Shown here in pieces: positions 29,082 to 38,230 of a stretch of 64,000 nt of DNA. A program made the translations under genes and the position numbers. The stretch covers positions 9,658-73,657 of the forward strand of contig JBGAGX010000016.1 in NCBI GenBank assembly GCA_044226515.1, given 5' to 3'. The DNA comes from Flavobacteriales bacterium (GTDB lineage Bacteria > Bacteroidota > Bacteroidia > Flavobacteriales_F > PHOS-HE28). The notes under the pieces were generated by a model. That model had not been told where the DNA came from. It saw only the letters and a program-made list of their open reading frames with translations, and made no database searches. Positions within the stretch are counted from its first letter, which is position 1; the number at the start of each line of letters is the position of its first letter.

Positions 29082-30950
29082 CTACGACGAGCGGTACGCC
29101 ACCTCGTGGTAGGTCTTCACATGGGGACCGAGGAAGACCCGGGCATACAGGCGGATGAGCGCCAACCCATCGATCACGAAGCTGAGGCTCACCAAGGCGG
29201 CCAGCAGCACCTGATCGTGGTGGATGTGGGCGAAGATCAGGTCCTCCCCGATGAAGGTGGGCGTGATGGGGAAGCCGGCGAGGCCCAGGCATGCCAGCAG
29301 GAAGATGAGCGCCAGCCGGGGATGCTCGAACACATGCCCGTGGAACCGCTTCACGTCCACCTGCCGCTCGTGGTGGCGCAGGCGCAGGATGGTGAAGTAG
29401 CCAACGGCCCCCGAGACCACCACGCCACTGAGGTAGAGCACCGCGTGCTCCACACCCGTGCGTTCGTTGAACAGGGCGGCAAGGGCCACCCAGAAGTGCC
29501 CCATCACGATCATGATGAGCGCGCGGCGCACATGGCTGCGTTCCACGAAGGCCCTGAGCATCATCAGGGCACCGAGCAGGGCGAAGACGACCGGGAGCCC
29601 GCGCTGCAGGAAAGGCGTGAGCGCGGCGCGGTCCACCAAGGCGAACAAGCCGGCCCCGTACAGCGGGATGAAGAGCAGCAGCATGCGGTGGACATTGAAC
29701 ACGTCCAACCGGCGGCCCACGGCCTTCAGGGGGTTCCACAGGCGGCGGTACATGAAGCTGTCAAGGTTCCACTCCTTCAGGCTGAGCACGTAGAGCGAAT
29801 ACTCCAGCCGCTTGGGCCAGGTGTCCTCGATGGAATGCGTGCGCGGGGTGAAATGGAAGAACTGCTCGCGGATGAGGTAGGTGACCACCGAAGGCGACAC
29901 CAGCAGCTGGTAGGTGCGCAGGAACGCGTTGCCCATGAGGTGGAAGAGGGCCAACCACTCCAGACCGGCCGCGACCTCGATGAAGATGAGGCCGATCTGC
30001 GCGATGGAACTGTAGGCGATCTGCGCCTTCACGGAGCTCTGCACGCGCGCGGTGAAGGTGGCCATCACGCTGGTGGCCAGGCCGAGCAGGGCGATGACGA
30101 TGCGCACGGACACCTGATGCGCCCAGAACGGATAGGTACGCAGGAGCAGGAAGACCCCGATGTGCACCGAGAGCGAACCGTAGAAGATCGCACTGCTGGG
30201 GGTGGGCCCTTCCATGGCGCGGGGCAGCCAGGAACTGAAGGGCAGCTGCGCCGACTTCGCCGCCGCGGCGATCAGCAACGAGATCGAGATGAAGACGCCC
30301 ACCAACGAGTGCGCCTGCAGTTCCTCGTGCACCAGTTCGAAATTGTTCAATTTCAGAAAGGTGATGTTCTCGTGCCACAGGTGGTGGCTCATCCACATGG
30401 CGAGGATGAGGCCGATGTCGCCGATGCGGTAGATGGAGAACACCTTCACGGCGTTCTTCACCGGCAGGTAACGGTCGCGGTAGAAGGCGATGAGCAGGAA
30501 GGACGAGATGCCCAGCACCTCCCAGCCCAGGAAGAGGGTCTCCAGGTTCCCGGCGACCACGGTGAGCGAATACCCCGTGATGAAGAAGAGGATGGTGTTG
30601 AAGAAGCGCTTGAACCCTTCCTCGCGGTGCAGGTAATACCGGCTGTAGATGGTGATGAGGAAGCTGAGCAGCGCGCCCAGGAAGAGGTAGGCGGCGGTGA
30701 TCTTGTCGAAGTACAGGTCGAGGAAGAACTCGTAGCCCTCCGTGGAGTACAGTACGATCTCCTTGACGTTGAGCACCGGATGCCCGTTGAGCATCCACCA
30801 GCCGGTGAAGCCGAGCACCAGGGCCAGCTGGATGCCCGCGGTGGTGAAGGCCACACGCGAGATCAGAAGTTCGTGTCGCCGGGGCACCGCCAGGCTGAGC
30901 ACGAAGCCCAGGAGGGGAACGAGGACGAAGAGGGGGAGGAAAAGGTCCAT
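29082..30950 (-). CDS. dabB: NuoL/ND5-like proton-conducting membrane subunit (DabB)
   Basis: LFLGWE, YRIGD, KSAQLPFSSWLPRAMEGPTPSSA, IAYSS; 3 bp downstream of the DUF2309 gene. Confidence 0.85.
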   Translation of the reverse strand: MDLFLPLFVLVPLLGFVLSLAVPRRHELLISRVAFTTAGIQLALVLGFTGWWMLNGHPVLNVKEIVLYSTEGYEFFLDLYFDKITAAYLFLGALLSFLITIYSRYYLHREEGFKRFFNTILFFITGYSLTVVAGNLETLFLGWEVLGISSFLLIAFYRDRYLPVKNAVKVFSIYRIGDIGLILAMWMSHHLWHENITFLKLNNFELVHEELQAHSLVGVFISISLLIAAAAKSAQLPFSSWLPRAMEGPTPSSAIFYGSLSVHIGVFLLLRTYPFWAHQVSVRIVIALLGLATSVMATFTARVQSSVKAQIAYSSIAQIGLIFIEVAAGLEWLALFHLMGNAFLRTYQLLVSPSVVTYLIREQFFHFTPRTHSIEDTWPKRLEYSLYVLSLKEWNLDSFMYRRLWNPLKAVGRRLDVFNVHRMLLLFIPLYGAGLFALVDRAALTPFLQRGLPVVFALLGALMMLRAFVERSHVRRALIMIVMGHFWVALAALFNERTGVEHAVLYLSGVVVSGAVGYFTILRLRHHERQVDVKRFHGHVFEHPRLALIFLLACLGLAGFPITPTFIGEDLIFAHIHHDQVLLAALVSLSFVIDGLALIRLYARVFLGPHVKTYHEVAYRSS

Positions 30951-30953
30951 GGA

Positions 30954-33500
30954 TCAGGCTTCGTTCAGCAGGCGTACCGGATGGTTCTCGATGGTCTCCT
31001 CCAGCAGCGGCAGGATGTCGTCCACTTCAGGGATGTCGTGCTCCAGGGTCCGGTACGGATGGAAGGCCCCATCACGGAAGCGGAAGATCTCATGCGTGCC
31101 CGGGCGGATGGCCACCAGGTGCACCCATTCGTTGCCGAACCACTCATAGGTGGCCGCCACTTTTCGGATGGTGTCGAGCACCACCTGCGGCTCGTGCTCC
31201 ACGATGATCAGCAGGCGCACCGGATCGTGCACCTCGATCATCTGGCTGGGCAGTCCGGGGCGCAGGTCGCCCTCGATGCCGTTGGCCACGCCGATGAGCC
31301 CCATCACGTTGTGCGGGAGCTTGGTGCCCGCACCGAGCTTCTGGTTGTCCACCCGGCTGAAATAGTATTCCAGGTTGATGCCCCCGCAAACGGGCGCGGC
31401 CGCGTTGAGGATGTTCAGCAGGTAGCGCCCCTCGGGGTCCACCTGCGCATCGAACGAGTTGAGGAAGGCACGGCGGTCGAGGAAGAGGCCCTTGGTGAGC
31501 GCCCGGCGACCAACGATGCACAGCGCGTTGGTGGCGTGGTTGAGCTCCGGGCGCGGTTCGAAGAGCGAAACGGAACGCCGGCGCACACGATCGTGCACGG
31601 CCGCGGGCGACATGGCGGTGTCCACGGACTCGAACCGGCGCGAACGCTCCTTGGCGTTCCGCGAGAGGGCCTCGGCGAAGACGATGCGGTTGTGCAGGTG
31701 CCGCTTCATGTTCTCCGGGCTCAGCGAGCGCTCGTCGTAGAAGGCGATCTCATCGCGGGTGGTGTCGTGCAGCGCGCTCAGGAACTGGGTGCCGTCGGGG
31801 ATCTCGAGGCCGCGGCCCCGCAGAATGATGCGCACCTGGGGGTGGTTGGCCATGTGGCAGAACACGCGGGCGTTCACCGATCCGGGGCGACCCGAGCAGG
31901 CGCCGCAATCGTAGGCCGCGTAGTGCGGGTTGTTCACGCTGCTGGCGCCGTGGCCCACCAGGTACACCACCGGCGCGAAACCATCCACGAGCCCGATGCT
32001 CCGTAGCACGTTCTCCACGCGCGTGGCCATCTCCTCCACCGTGAAGCCCACCTGGAGGCCGTCCTCGCGGTGGGCGGGGTCGGTGTTCTCCACGGTGAGG
32101 CGCGAGAACTGGTCCATGTGCTGGAACGAATCGCTCGTTCCCGGGCTCATGCTCGGCTTGAAGATGCTGAGGAAGAGCTTGAACGCGCTCCAGAAACCGA
32201 TCGTCTGCGAAATGAGCCAGCCACCGAGCAGGCCGTGGGTGTGCTTCGTGAAATGGACGTCCGTGCTCTTCTGCCCCTTCTTGTCCACCTCCTTGATCAG
32301 GTACCGCGGCGTCACGGGGGCCGGGCACACCTTGGTGTTGAACTTGCCGTGCTCGGGACGGTAGTAGAACTCCACACCGAAGAAACCCGGGGTGCCGAAG
32401 GTGGCGAACGCGGGATCGAGGTCCTCGATGTACCGGCGGAAACTGCACTCGCGGTCGTCGATGCAGAAGATGGCCTGGGCGCCTCCACCGCCGCCGGGAT
32501 GCGGACGTTCGGCGTTCAGGACCAGACCGTGGAGCACCTCGTCGTAGTAGGTCCATTCCAAGGCCTCCTGCCAGATGGCGGCGACCTCATCGGCCTCGGT
32601 CATGGGCACCGGAGCGAACAGGGGCCCGGGGCGCTCCGTCAGTCCTTCGGCCAGGGGCGCCCATCCGTGGGGGAATTGATCATCGAGCGCGTCGATCTCC
32701 AGGATCAGTTCCAGGATGATCAGCTCCTGCAGGGTGATCTTACGCCGGTCGAGCAGCACCCCTGGATCGCTCTCGATCACCGCGACCAGCCCGCTCCAAC
32801 CCTGGTGCGCGAACTGTTGGTCGAAGAGGTAATGCTCGAACAACCGCTCATCGCCCACCACGGTCCGCAGCAACTGCTCCACCGTGGTGGCGGGATCCAG
32901 CAACAGCGACTTCGCCCGCTTCCCCCGCAGGAAGCCCACCAGGGAGTTGCGTTCGATCTCGCGGATGGAGGACAGGAAACCGTGGTCCCACACCGGGAAA
33001 TGCCAGATGGAGATCCCCTGGTCGAGGTAGCTGTTCAGGATGCGGAAGAGGTTCACATGCACCATGGCATCGAGGTCGATGCGGTGATCCCTCTTCCACA
33101 GCGCGCGGAGCGTGCCGATCCGTGGTTCGATGCTGTTCGTGTACGCGCCCTGCAAGCATCGGCGCACCCACCCTTCGGCCAGTTCCCCGCCCTTGCGCTC
33201 GCTCACCACCCGGCGAAGGATGCGCTCATCCACCCGTCCGCGGCGGTACAGGTCGCGGTATTCGCGGATGGACAGGCAGACCTTGTACCCGAAGATGCCC
33301 GAGGCGCGGCGCAGGGCCTCCTCGAAGCGCTCCCCCTGAAAGGCGTGGAGCGTGTTGTGGTGGATGAAGTCCTTCAGCGTCGCCTGGGCCGGCAGGTAGT
33401 GCTTCAGCTCGTGCAGCACGTGCTCCAGGTCGAAGGGGGCGCCGGCGATGGCCCCGGGGGCCTTCGGTTCAGCGGAGGTGCCGTTCTTGGCGTCGGACAT
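30954..33500 (-). CDS. dabA: DUF2309/UPF0753 inorganic carbon pump subunit DabA
   Basis: FIHHNTLHAF, FCIDDRE (C-x-D-x-R), GHG, DCGAC (beta-CA-like Zn ligands), LHDTTRDE, INLEYYFS.VDN..LGAGTKLPHNV. Confidence 0.9.
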   Translation of the reverse strand: MSDAKNGTSAEPKAPGAIAGAPFDLEHVLHELKHYLPAQATLKDFIHHNTLHAFQGERFEEALRRASGIFGYKVCLSIREYRDLYRRGRVDERILRRVVSERKGGELAEGWVRRCLQGAYTNSIEPRIGTLRALWKRDHRIDLDAMVHVNLFRILNSYLDQGISIWHFPVWDHGFLSSIREIERNSLVGFLRGKRAKSLLLDPATTVEQLLRTVVGDERLFEHYLFDQQFAHQGWSGLVAVIESDPGVLLDRRKITLQELIILELILEIDALDDQFPHGWAPLAEGLTERPGPLFAPVPMTEADEVAAIWQEALEWTYYDEVLHGLVLNAERPHPGGGGGAQAIFCIDDRECSFRRYIEDLDPAFATFGTPGFFGVEFYYRPEHGKFNTKVCPAPVTPRYLIKEVDKKGQKSTDVHFTKHTHGLLGGWLISQTIGFWSAFKLFLSIFKPSMSPGTSDSFQHMDQFSRLTVENTDPAHREDGLQVGFTVEEMATRVENVLRSIGLVDGFAPVVYLVGHGASSVNNPHYAAYDCGACSGRPGSVNARVFCHMANHPQVRIILRGRGLEIPDGTQFLSALHDTTRDEIAFYDERSLSPENMKRHLHNRIVFAEALSRNAKERSRRFESVDTAMSPAAVHDRVRRRSVSLFEPRPELNHATNALCIVGRRALTKGLFLDRRAFLNSFDAQVDPEGRYLLNILNAAAPVCGGINLEYYFSRVDNQKLGAGTKLPHNVMGLIGVANGIEGDLRPGLPSQMIEVHDPVRLLIIVEHEPQVVLDTIRKVAATYEWFGNEWVHLVAIRPGTHEIFRFRDGAFHPYRTLEHDIPEVDDILPLLEETIENHPVRLLNEA

Positions 33501-33566
33501 GGTGTTGGACCCTTCATGCGTCGTGGTCAACGGGTCGTTGCGCCTGTGGCCGCAGCAAGGTCGACG

Positions 33567-33611
33567 CAAACGTAGAATACCCTGAAGGCCACGTCATTAG
33601 AGGCCGATTAA
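33567..33611 (-). promoter_or_regulatory. dabAB promoter: -7 element plus 11-bp-period direct repeat
   Basis: Minus strand TTAAT-N6-CTAAT (33611-33596), 21 nt gap, then TACGTTTG (33574-33567). Confidence 0.6.
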
Positions 33612-33629
33612 AGTGAACAGGGGCCGATC

Positions 33630-34751
33630 CTACAACGACCTCCGGTAGATGCGGTAACGCTTGTACACGGCACCTCCGAGCCGTTCAAGCTGGGCCCGCA
33701 TCCGCAGGTTCCGCTCCAGCACCAGGTGGCTGTCGAGGGTGGTGAACCCACGCCGATGGGCCACCGCCAGCAGGTGCATGCCCAGCGCGGCGGTGAGCCC
33801 ACGCCCTTGCAGGTCCTTGCGCACCGCGCCCAGCAACAGGTCGAGCTGCGTGGTGCGCCGCATGGCCGCCAATACGTGCAGAGCACCGAAGGGGAGCAGC
33901 CGGCCACCGGCGCGCTGCAAGCCCCGGCTCGGATCGGGCATCGCCACCACGAAGGCCACGGGGGCGTCGGTGCGGTCGGCCACCACCACCACCAGTTCGG
34001 GGTCGAGCAGCGGCACATAGTCCGCCGCCAGCTTGCGCATCTCCGCCGGGCTCATGGGCACGAAACCGTAGAGTTCGGTGTAGGTGCGGTTCACCAGGTC
34101 GAGCACGGGTTCGATCCAAGGCCGCAGGGCCCGGCGGCCGTCGAAGGTGACCAGCCGAAGCCCTTGGTCGTGCAGCACATGCCCGGCGATGCGCGCATAC
34201 CGCTCGGGCACCGCGGCAGGCACCTCCACCCGGTAGCTGAGGCAGTCGAGCAATTTGGAGTAGCCGAGGGATTCCACATGCCGCGGCAGGTGGGCCGGAT
34301 TGGTGGGTGTGGCCAGGACAGGCAGGTGTTCAAAGCCCTCCACCTGCAAGCCCTGCGGATCCTTGTCGCTGAGGCCGAACGGACCCACGCATTGGTCCAT
34401 GCCACGGCCGCGTCCCCAATCCTCCACGGCGGCGATCAACCGGGCCACCACCGCCTGGTCGTCCACCGCGTCCAACTGGTGGAAGCGGACGGTTCGCTCG
34501 CCATGTGCGGCGTTGTATGCGCGGTGCACCAGGCCCACCACACGGCCCAAGGCCCGGTCACCGTCCTGCACCACATACCGCACCAGGTCCACGTCGCGCA
34601 GCGCAGGGTTCCTCGCCTGGTCATGCCAGGCAAGCTCATCGGCCCACAGGGGCGGAACGTAGTTGGGACGACGGTCGGGCAGCCGGGAAGGCAGCCTCAC
34701 GAAGCGCTCCAGTTCCTTCCGGGAGCTGACGGGCACGAGCTGAAGGGCCAT
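33630..34751 (-). CDS. GNAT-fold protein (YghO-like)
   Basis: ELERFVRLP...YVPPL, GRVVG, RFHQLDAVDD, GPFG..D..GL.VEGF, GAVRKDLQGRG; start 34751. Confidence 0.7.
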   Translation of the reverse strand: MALQLVPVSSRKELERFVRLPSRLPDRRPNYVPPLWADELAWHDQARNPALRDVDLVRYVVQDGDRALGRVVGLVHRAYNAAHGERTVRFHQLDAVDDQAVVARLIAAVEDWGRGRGMDQCVGPFGLSDKDPQGLQVEGFEHLPVLATPTNPAHLPRHVESLGYSKLLDCLSYRVEVPAAVPERYARIAGHVLHDQGLRLVTFDGRRALRPWIEPVLDLVNRTYTELYGFVPMSPAEMRKLAADYVPLLDPELVVVVADRTDAPVAFVVAMPDPSRGLQRAGGRLLPFGALHVLAAMRRTTQLDLLLGAVRKDLQGRGLTAALGMHLLAVAHRRGFTTLDSHLVLERNLRMRAQLERLGGAVYKRYRIYRRSL

Positions 34752-34886
34752 GGACGGGGTTGAAGGTCGCATCCTGGGGCGTATCGTTGACCAATAGCTG
34801 ACCGATCGGCCGATTATCTGACGATCAGGCCGGTCATGCCCCCCGGCACGGTAATTTCGAGTAACTCGGCCACGAAATCGCACGAC

Positions 34887-35048
34887 ATGCCGCGTAAGAA
34901 ACCACCCCTGATCCTGAGCCAACCCGTGAAAAAGGGCGTGGAACTCATCAAGGTGCGCCTCGATGAGCGCACGGTGATCACGATCTCCAGCATGAAGAAG
35001 CTGGACTTCTGGAAGAAGCGCTACCCCAAGGCGCAGGTGATCTCCTGA
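34887..35048 (+). CDS. Small basic hypothetical protein (53 aa)
   Basis: High-GC3 codons, upstream TAATTTCG -7-like element; IKVRLDERTVITI...FWKKRYPKAQVIS. Confidence 0.65.
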   Translation: MPRKKPPLILSQPVKKGVELIKVRLDERTVITISSMKKLDFWKKRYPKAQVIS

Positions 35049-35097
35049 GGGTCGGAGCGCGGCGACGGGTAATTTCGCCCGCCATCCCCACTCCTGC

Positions 35098-35589
35098 ATG
35101 CCCAGTTTCGACATCCTGAGCAAGGTCGACCTGCAGACCTTGGACAATGCCATCAACACCGCGAAGCGGGAGCTTGATACCCGGTACGACCTGCGCGGGA
35201 GCAACAGCAGCATCGACTTCGACAAGAAGGCGCTGGCCATCAAGCTCTCCACCGAGGACCACCTGAAGCTCGACGCCATCGTGGACATCCTGCTGGAGCG
35301 CAGCACCAAGCAGAAGGTGGATGTGCGCGCCTACGACCTGAGCGCTGAGCCCACGCCCAGTGGCAAGCTGCTGTACCGCACGATCAAGGTGAAGCAGGGC
35401 ATCGAGCGCGAAACGGCGAAGAAGATCGTGAAGGCCATCAAGGACAGCGGCCTGAAGGTGCAGCCCCAGATCATGGACGACATGATCCGGGTGAACGGCA
35501 AGAAGATCGACGACCTGCAGGCGGTGATGGCCTTGTGCCGGGAGCAGGACTTCGAGATCCCGTTGCAGTTCGACAACATGAAGAGCTGA
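35098..35589 (+). CDS. yajQ: YajQ-family nucleotide (c-di-GMP)-binding protein
   Basis: MPSFDILSKVD, RYDLRG, KQGIERETAKKI, RVNGKKIDDLQ, LQFDN. Confidence 0.93.
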   Translation: MPSFDILSKVDLQTLDNAINTAKRELDTRYDLRGSNSSIDFDKKALAIKLSTEDHLKLDAIVDILLERSTKQKVDVRAYDLSAEPTPSGKLLYRTIKVKQGIERETAKKIVKAIKDSGLKVQPQIMDDMIRVNGKKIDDLQAVMALCREQDFEIPLQFDNMKS

Positions 35590-35658
35590 ACCGGCCACCC
35601 CGGGGCAGCGCCTTCCCGTTGGGCCGTGTCTACCTTGCACACACACCAACAGGAACCC

Positions 35659-36951
35659 ATGCTGCGACGCCTCCTCTCCCTGCTTGCCGCCGCTCCGCTG
35701 CTGCTCGCCGCGCAGACCTTCTACTACGTCAACAACATCGGGGTATCGCCGGCCGCGCCCACCACGGCGGACCCGGTCACCATCACGCTCTTCGGCGACC
35801 TCTCGGCGTCCAATTCCTACATCATCGGTACAGCCCACAACGTGGTCGGCGGTCAGGTGCAGATCACGGTGAACGCAGGTTCCCAAGGCATCGGGATCCC
35901 GGTGCTCGTGCCCCACGACGAGAGCTTCAACCTTGGCACGCTCGCCGCAGGGACCTACACCATCACCATCGGCGGCACATCCACGGGCGACCTCGCCCCG
36001 GCGCTCGAGCACCAGTTCACCGTCTCCGGCGGAGGCGGCGGTCCCCCCTGCGACAGCCTGGTCATCAGCCCCCTCACGTGGCATCCGTTCACCGATACGG
36101 CACTGGTGCTCCAGGCCAGCAATTCCAGCAGCGAGCTGTTCGACTACCCGGGCTTCGTGCTCCTCGATGCCGGTGGCGATACCCTGGCGGAGGAGACCGT
36201 CAACTACTTCGGTATCGGGCAGGGACCGCAGCCCCACACCCTCTCGGTCCATCCGGGAGCGAACCTTCCGACCGCGGCGTTCTGGGGTCAGCTCGACCTC
36301 TGGAAGCTCTTCTACACGGAACAGATGTGCACCTGGACCGACACCGTTGAACTGTGTCCTCCCTCGTGCGCTCCCATCGAGCTGAGCTTCGGCAACTTCG
36401 GCGGAGGTCTGGTCAACGCCACCTTCGACTATCTGCTCACGGACGACGCGGGGGCGCCGATCGACTCCGGCACCTTCAGCCTGGGCGGCACCGCGCAATG
36501 GGATACGATCGCCCTCTGCCTTCCGCCCGGCAACTACGAGTTGAACGTGGTGCAGCCCAACGTTGTCGGCGGTCAGCTCGTGATGGGCGTATCCTCCGGT
36601 GGACTGGGCGGCCCCCAGCAGAACTTCATCCAGGGGGGCGCGGTCAACCTCCTCCCCTTCCCCTTCTACCCGGCCTGCCTGAACGGGCCCAGCAGCATTC
36701 CGGATGGCCCCCCGCCTGTCGGTCTCACCGTGCTCCAGGCCAACGGGACGCTGGTTATCACCTCCACTACCGGGGATGCCATCGGCCCGATCGAGCTGCG
36801 CGATGTTCAGGGAAGGCTCCTCCGCACCGCCTTCACCGTAGCGAACACGCTTGCGTTCGACACCGCCGACATCGCTCCTGGCCTGCTGATCGTGGTGCGC
36901 ACTGCGCGTGATGGTCGACGTGCGGCGGTGCGTGTGATGAACATGCGCTGA
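35659..36951 (+). CDS. Secreted multi-Ig-like protein with probable degenerate T9SS CTD
   Basis: Signal peptide, beta-rich domains, C-terminal IELRDVQGRLL...IAPGLLIV. Confidence 0.7.
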   Translation: MLRRLLSLLAAAPLLLAAQTFYYVNNIGVSPAAPTTADPVTITLFGDLSASNSYIIGTAHNVVGGQVQITVNAGSQGIGIPVLVPHDESFNLGTLAAGTYTITIGGTSTGDLAPALEHQFTVSGGGGGPPCDSLVISPLTWHPFTDTALVLQASNSSSELFDYPGFVLLDAGGDTLAEETVNYFGIGQGPQPHTLSVHPGANLPTAAFWGQLDLWKLFYTEQMCTWTDTVELCPPSCAPIELSFGNFGGGLVNATFDYLLTDDAGAPIDSGTFSLGGTAQWDTIALCLPPGNYELNVVQPNVVGGQLVMGVSSGGLGGPQQNFIQGGAVNLLPFPFYPACLNGPSSIPDGPPPVGLTVLQANGTLVITSTTGDAIGPIELRDVQGRLLRTAFTVANTLAFDTADIAPGLLIVVRTARDGRRAAVRVMNMR

Positions 36952-36962
36952 TCGACGGGACC

Positions 36963-37517
36963 ATGCGGAAGCTGCTGACCGTGCTGGCGATGCCGACGGC
37001 CTTGCTCCTGATCTGGGCCTTGGTGCACAAGGCCTACGTGTTCGAAGGTCAACACCGACTGGCGGACCATGAGGTGGCCGAACTGGGCCGGCTGGGCACC
37101 ACCGCCATCGCCAGCCTGGACGTGCCCGTGGCGGCCCTGCTGGTGTACAAGGGCGAGGTGATCGGCCGCGGTTACAACACCGTGCAACGCGACGGTGATG
37201 CAGCCGGCCATGCCGAGATCAACGCGTTGAGCGATGCCATGCGTGCCCTGGGGCCCATGGCCTTCGACGCGCTTGACCGCGACCGGCTGGTACTGCTCAC
37301 CACCTTCGAGCCTTGTCCCATGTGCCGCGGGGCGATCGTGGAGTACCGCATCGAGCACGTGGGCTTCGTGGAGCCCAAGTCGCTCTCCCTGCATGCGCAC
37401 CAGGCCTGGAACGAACTGCGGTACGAGCTCACGAAGATGAAGCTCGGGCCTGCCGATCTGCAGGACAGCCTGTTCCGGTTGCATCCGGGGTACGACCCCG
37501 CGAAGGACCGTCATTGA
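36963..37517 (+). CDS. Zn-dependent nucleoside deaminase (TadA-like) with N-terminal TM/signal
   Basis: DVPVAALL, GRGYN, HAEINAL, TFEPCPMC. Confidence 0.82.
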   Translation: MRKLLTVLAMPTALLLIWALVHKAYVFEGQHRLADHEVAELGRLGTTAIASLDVPVAALLVYKGEVIGRGYNTVQRDGDAAGHAEINALSDAMRALGPMAFDALDRDRLVLLTTFEPCPMCRGAIVEYRIEHVGFVEPKSLSLHAHQAWNELRYELTKMKLGPADLQDSLFRLHPGYDPAKDRH

Positions 37518-37561
37518 GACCGGGGGGCCGCGGCTCGCTACCTTGCCGGCAAAGCCGAAGC

Positions 37562-38230
37562 ATGGCCGATCATAGCGTACGCATCCTGGAGTCGGTGTTC
37601 ATCAACCACGATGTGAAGCGGTTGCGTATCGAGCGCCCACCGGGGTATGCGTTCGTCCCGGGGCAGGGCACCTACGTCTCCATCGACGCGCCCGACATGG
37701 CCGGGGCAGCGCGACCGTTCACCTTCACTTCCCTTCAGGAATGGCCGGACCTGGAGCTGATCATCCGGATCTACCGCGACCACCATGGCGTCACCGAGAA
37801 GATCGGTCGTCTGCGCGCGGGCGACCGCTTGCTGATCAGCGAGCCGTTCGGGGCGATCACCTTCAAGGGGCCCGGCGTGTTCTTCGCGGGCGGCACGGGG
37901 ATCACGCCCTTCCTGGCCATCTTCCGGCAGCTCCACCACATGAAGCTCCTGCGCGGCAACCGGCTGGTCTATTCGAACCGCACGGTGGAGGACGTGATCA
38001 TGCACGAGGAGCTCACGCGCCTGCTTCGGAAAGACTATATCAATGTCTTCACCCGGCAGAACGTGATCGGCTTCCACGAGCGGCGGATCGACCGCGAGAT
38101 GCTGATGGAACTGGCCCCGGACCTGAGCCAGCGGTTCTACATCTGCGGGCCCGATGGCTTCGTGCGTGATGTGCGTGAGGGCCTGTTGGAGCTTGGGGCC
38201 GACGCCGAATCACTGGTCGTGGAGAGCTGA
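37562..38230 (+). CDS. FAD-binding ferredoxin/flavodoxin-NADP reductase-like oxidoreductase
   Basis: FVPGQ, RPFTFTS, HGVT, AGGTGITPF, FYICGP. Confidence 0.88.
   Translation: MADHSVRILESVFINHDVKRLRIERPPGYAFVPGQGTYVSIDAPDMAGAARPFTFTSLQEWPDLELIIRIYRDHHGVTEKIGRLRAGDRLLISEPFGAITFKGPGVFFAGGTGITPFLAIFRQLHHMKLLRGNRLVYSNRTVEDVIMHEELTRLLRKDYINVFTRQNVIGFHERRIDREMLMELAPDLSQRFYICGPDGFVRDVREGLLELGADAESLVVES

Noticed and set aside
29082-30950. Calling this gene complex I nuoL or mrpA
   Set aside because: No other nuo or mrp genes are present, and coupling to DUF2309 identifies it as DabB
34797-34838. Structured RNA or c-di-GMP riboswitch upstream of the small ORF and yajQ
   Set aside because: An imperfect TGACCG...CGGTCA hairpin is present but lacks GEMM consensus features and lies upstream of the apparent -7 element
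33630-35309. 559-aa version of the GNAT-like ORF
   Set aside because: The N-terminal extension overlaps yajQ and the 53-aa ORF antisense; family-like sequence starts at 34751
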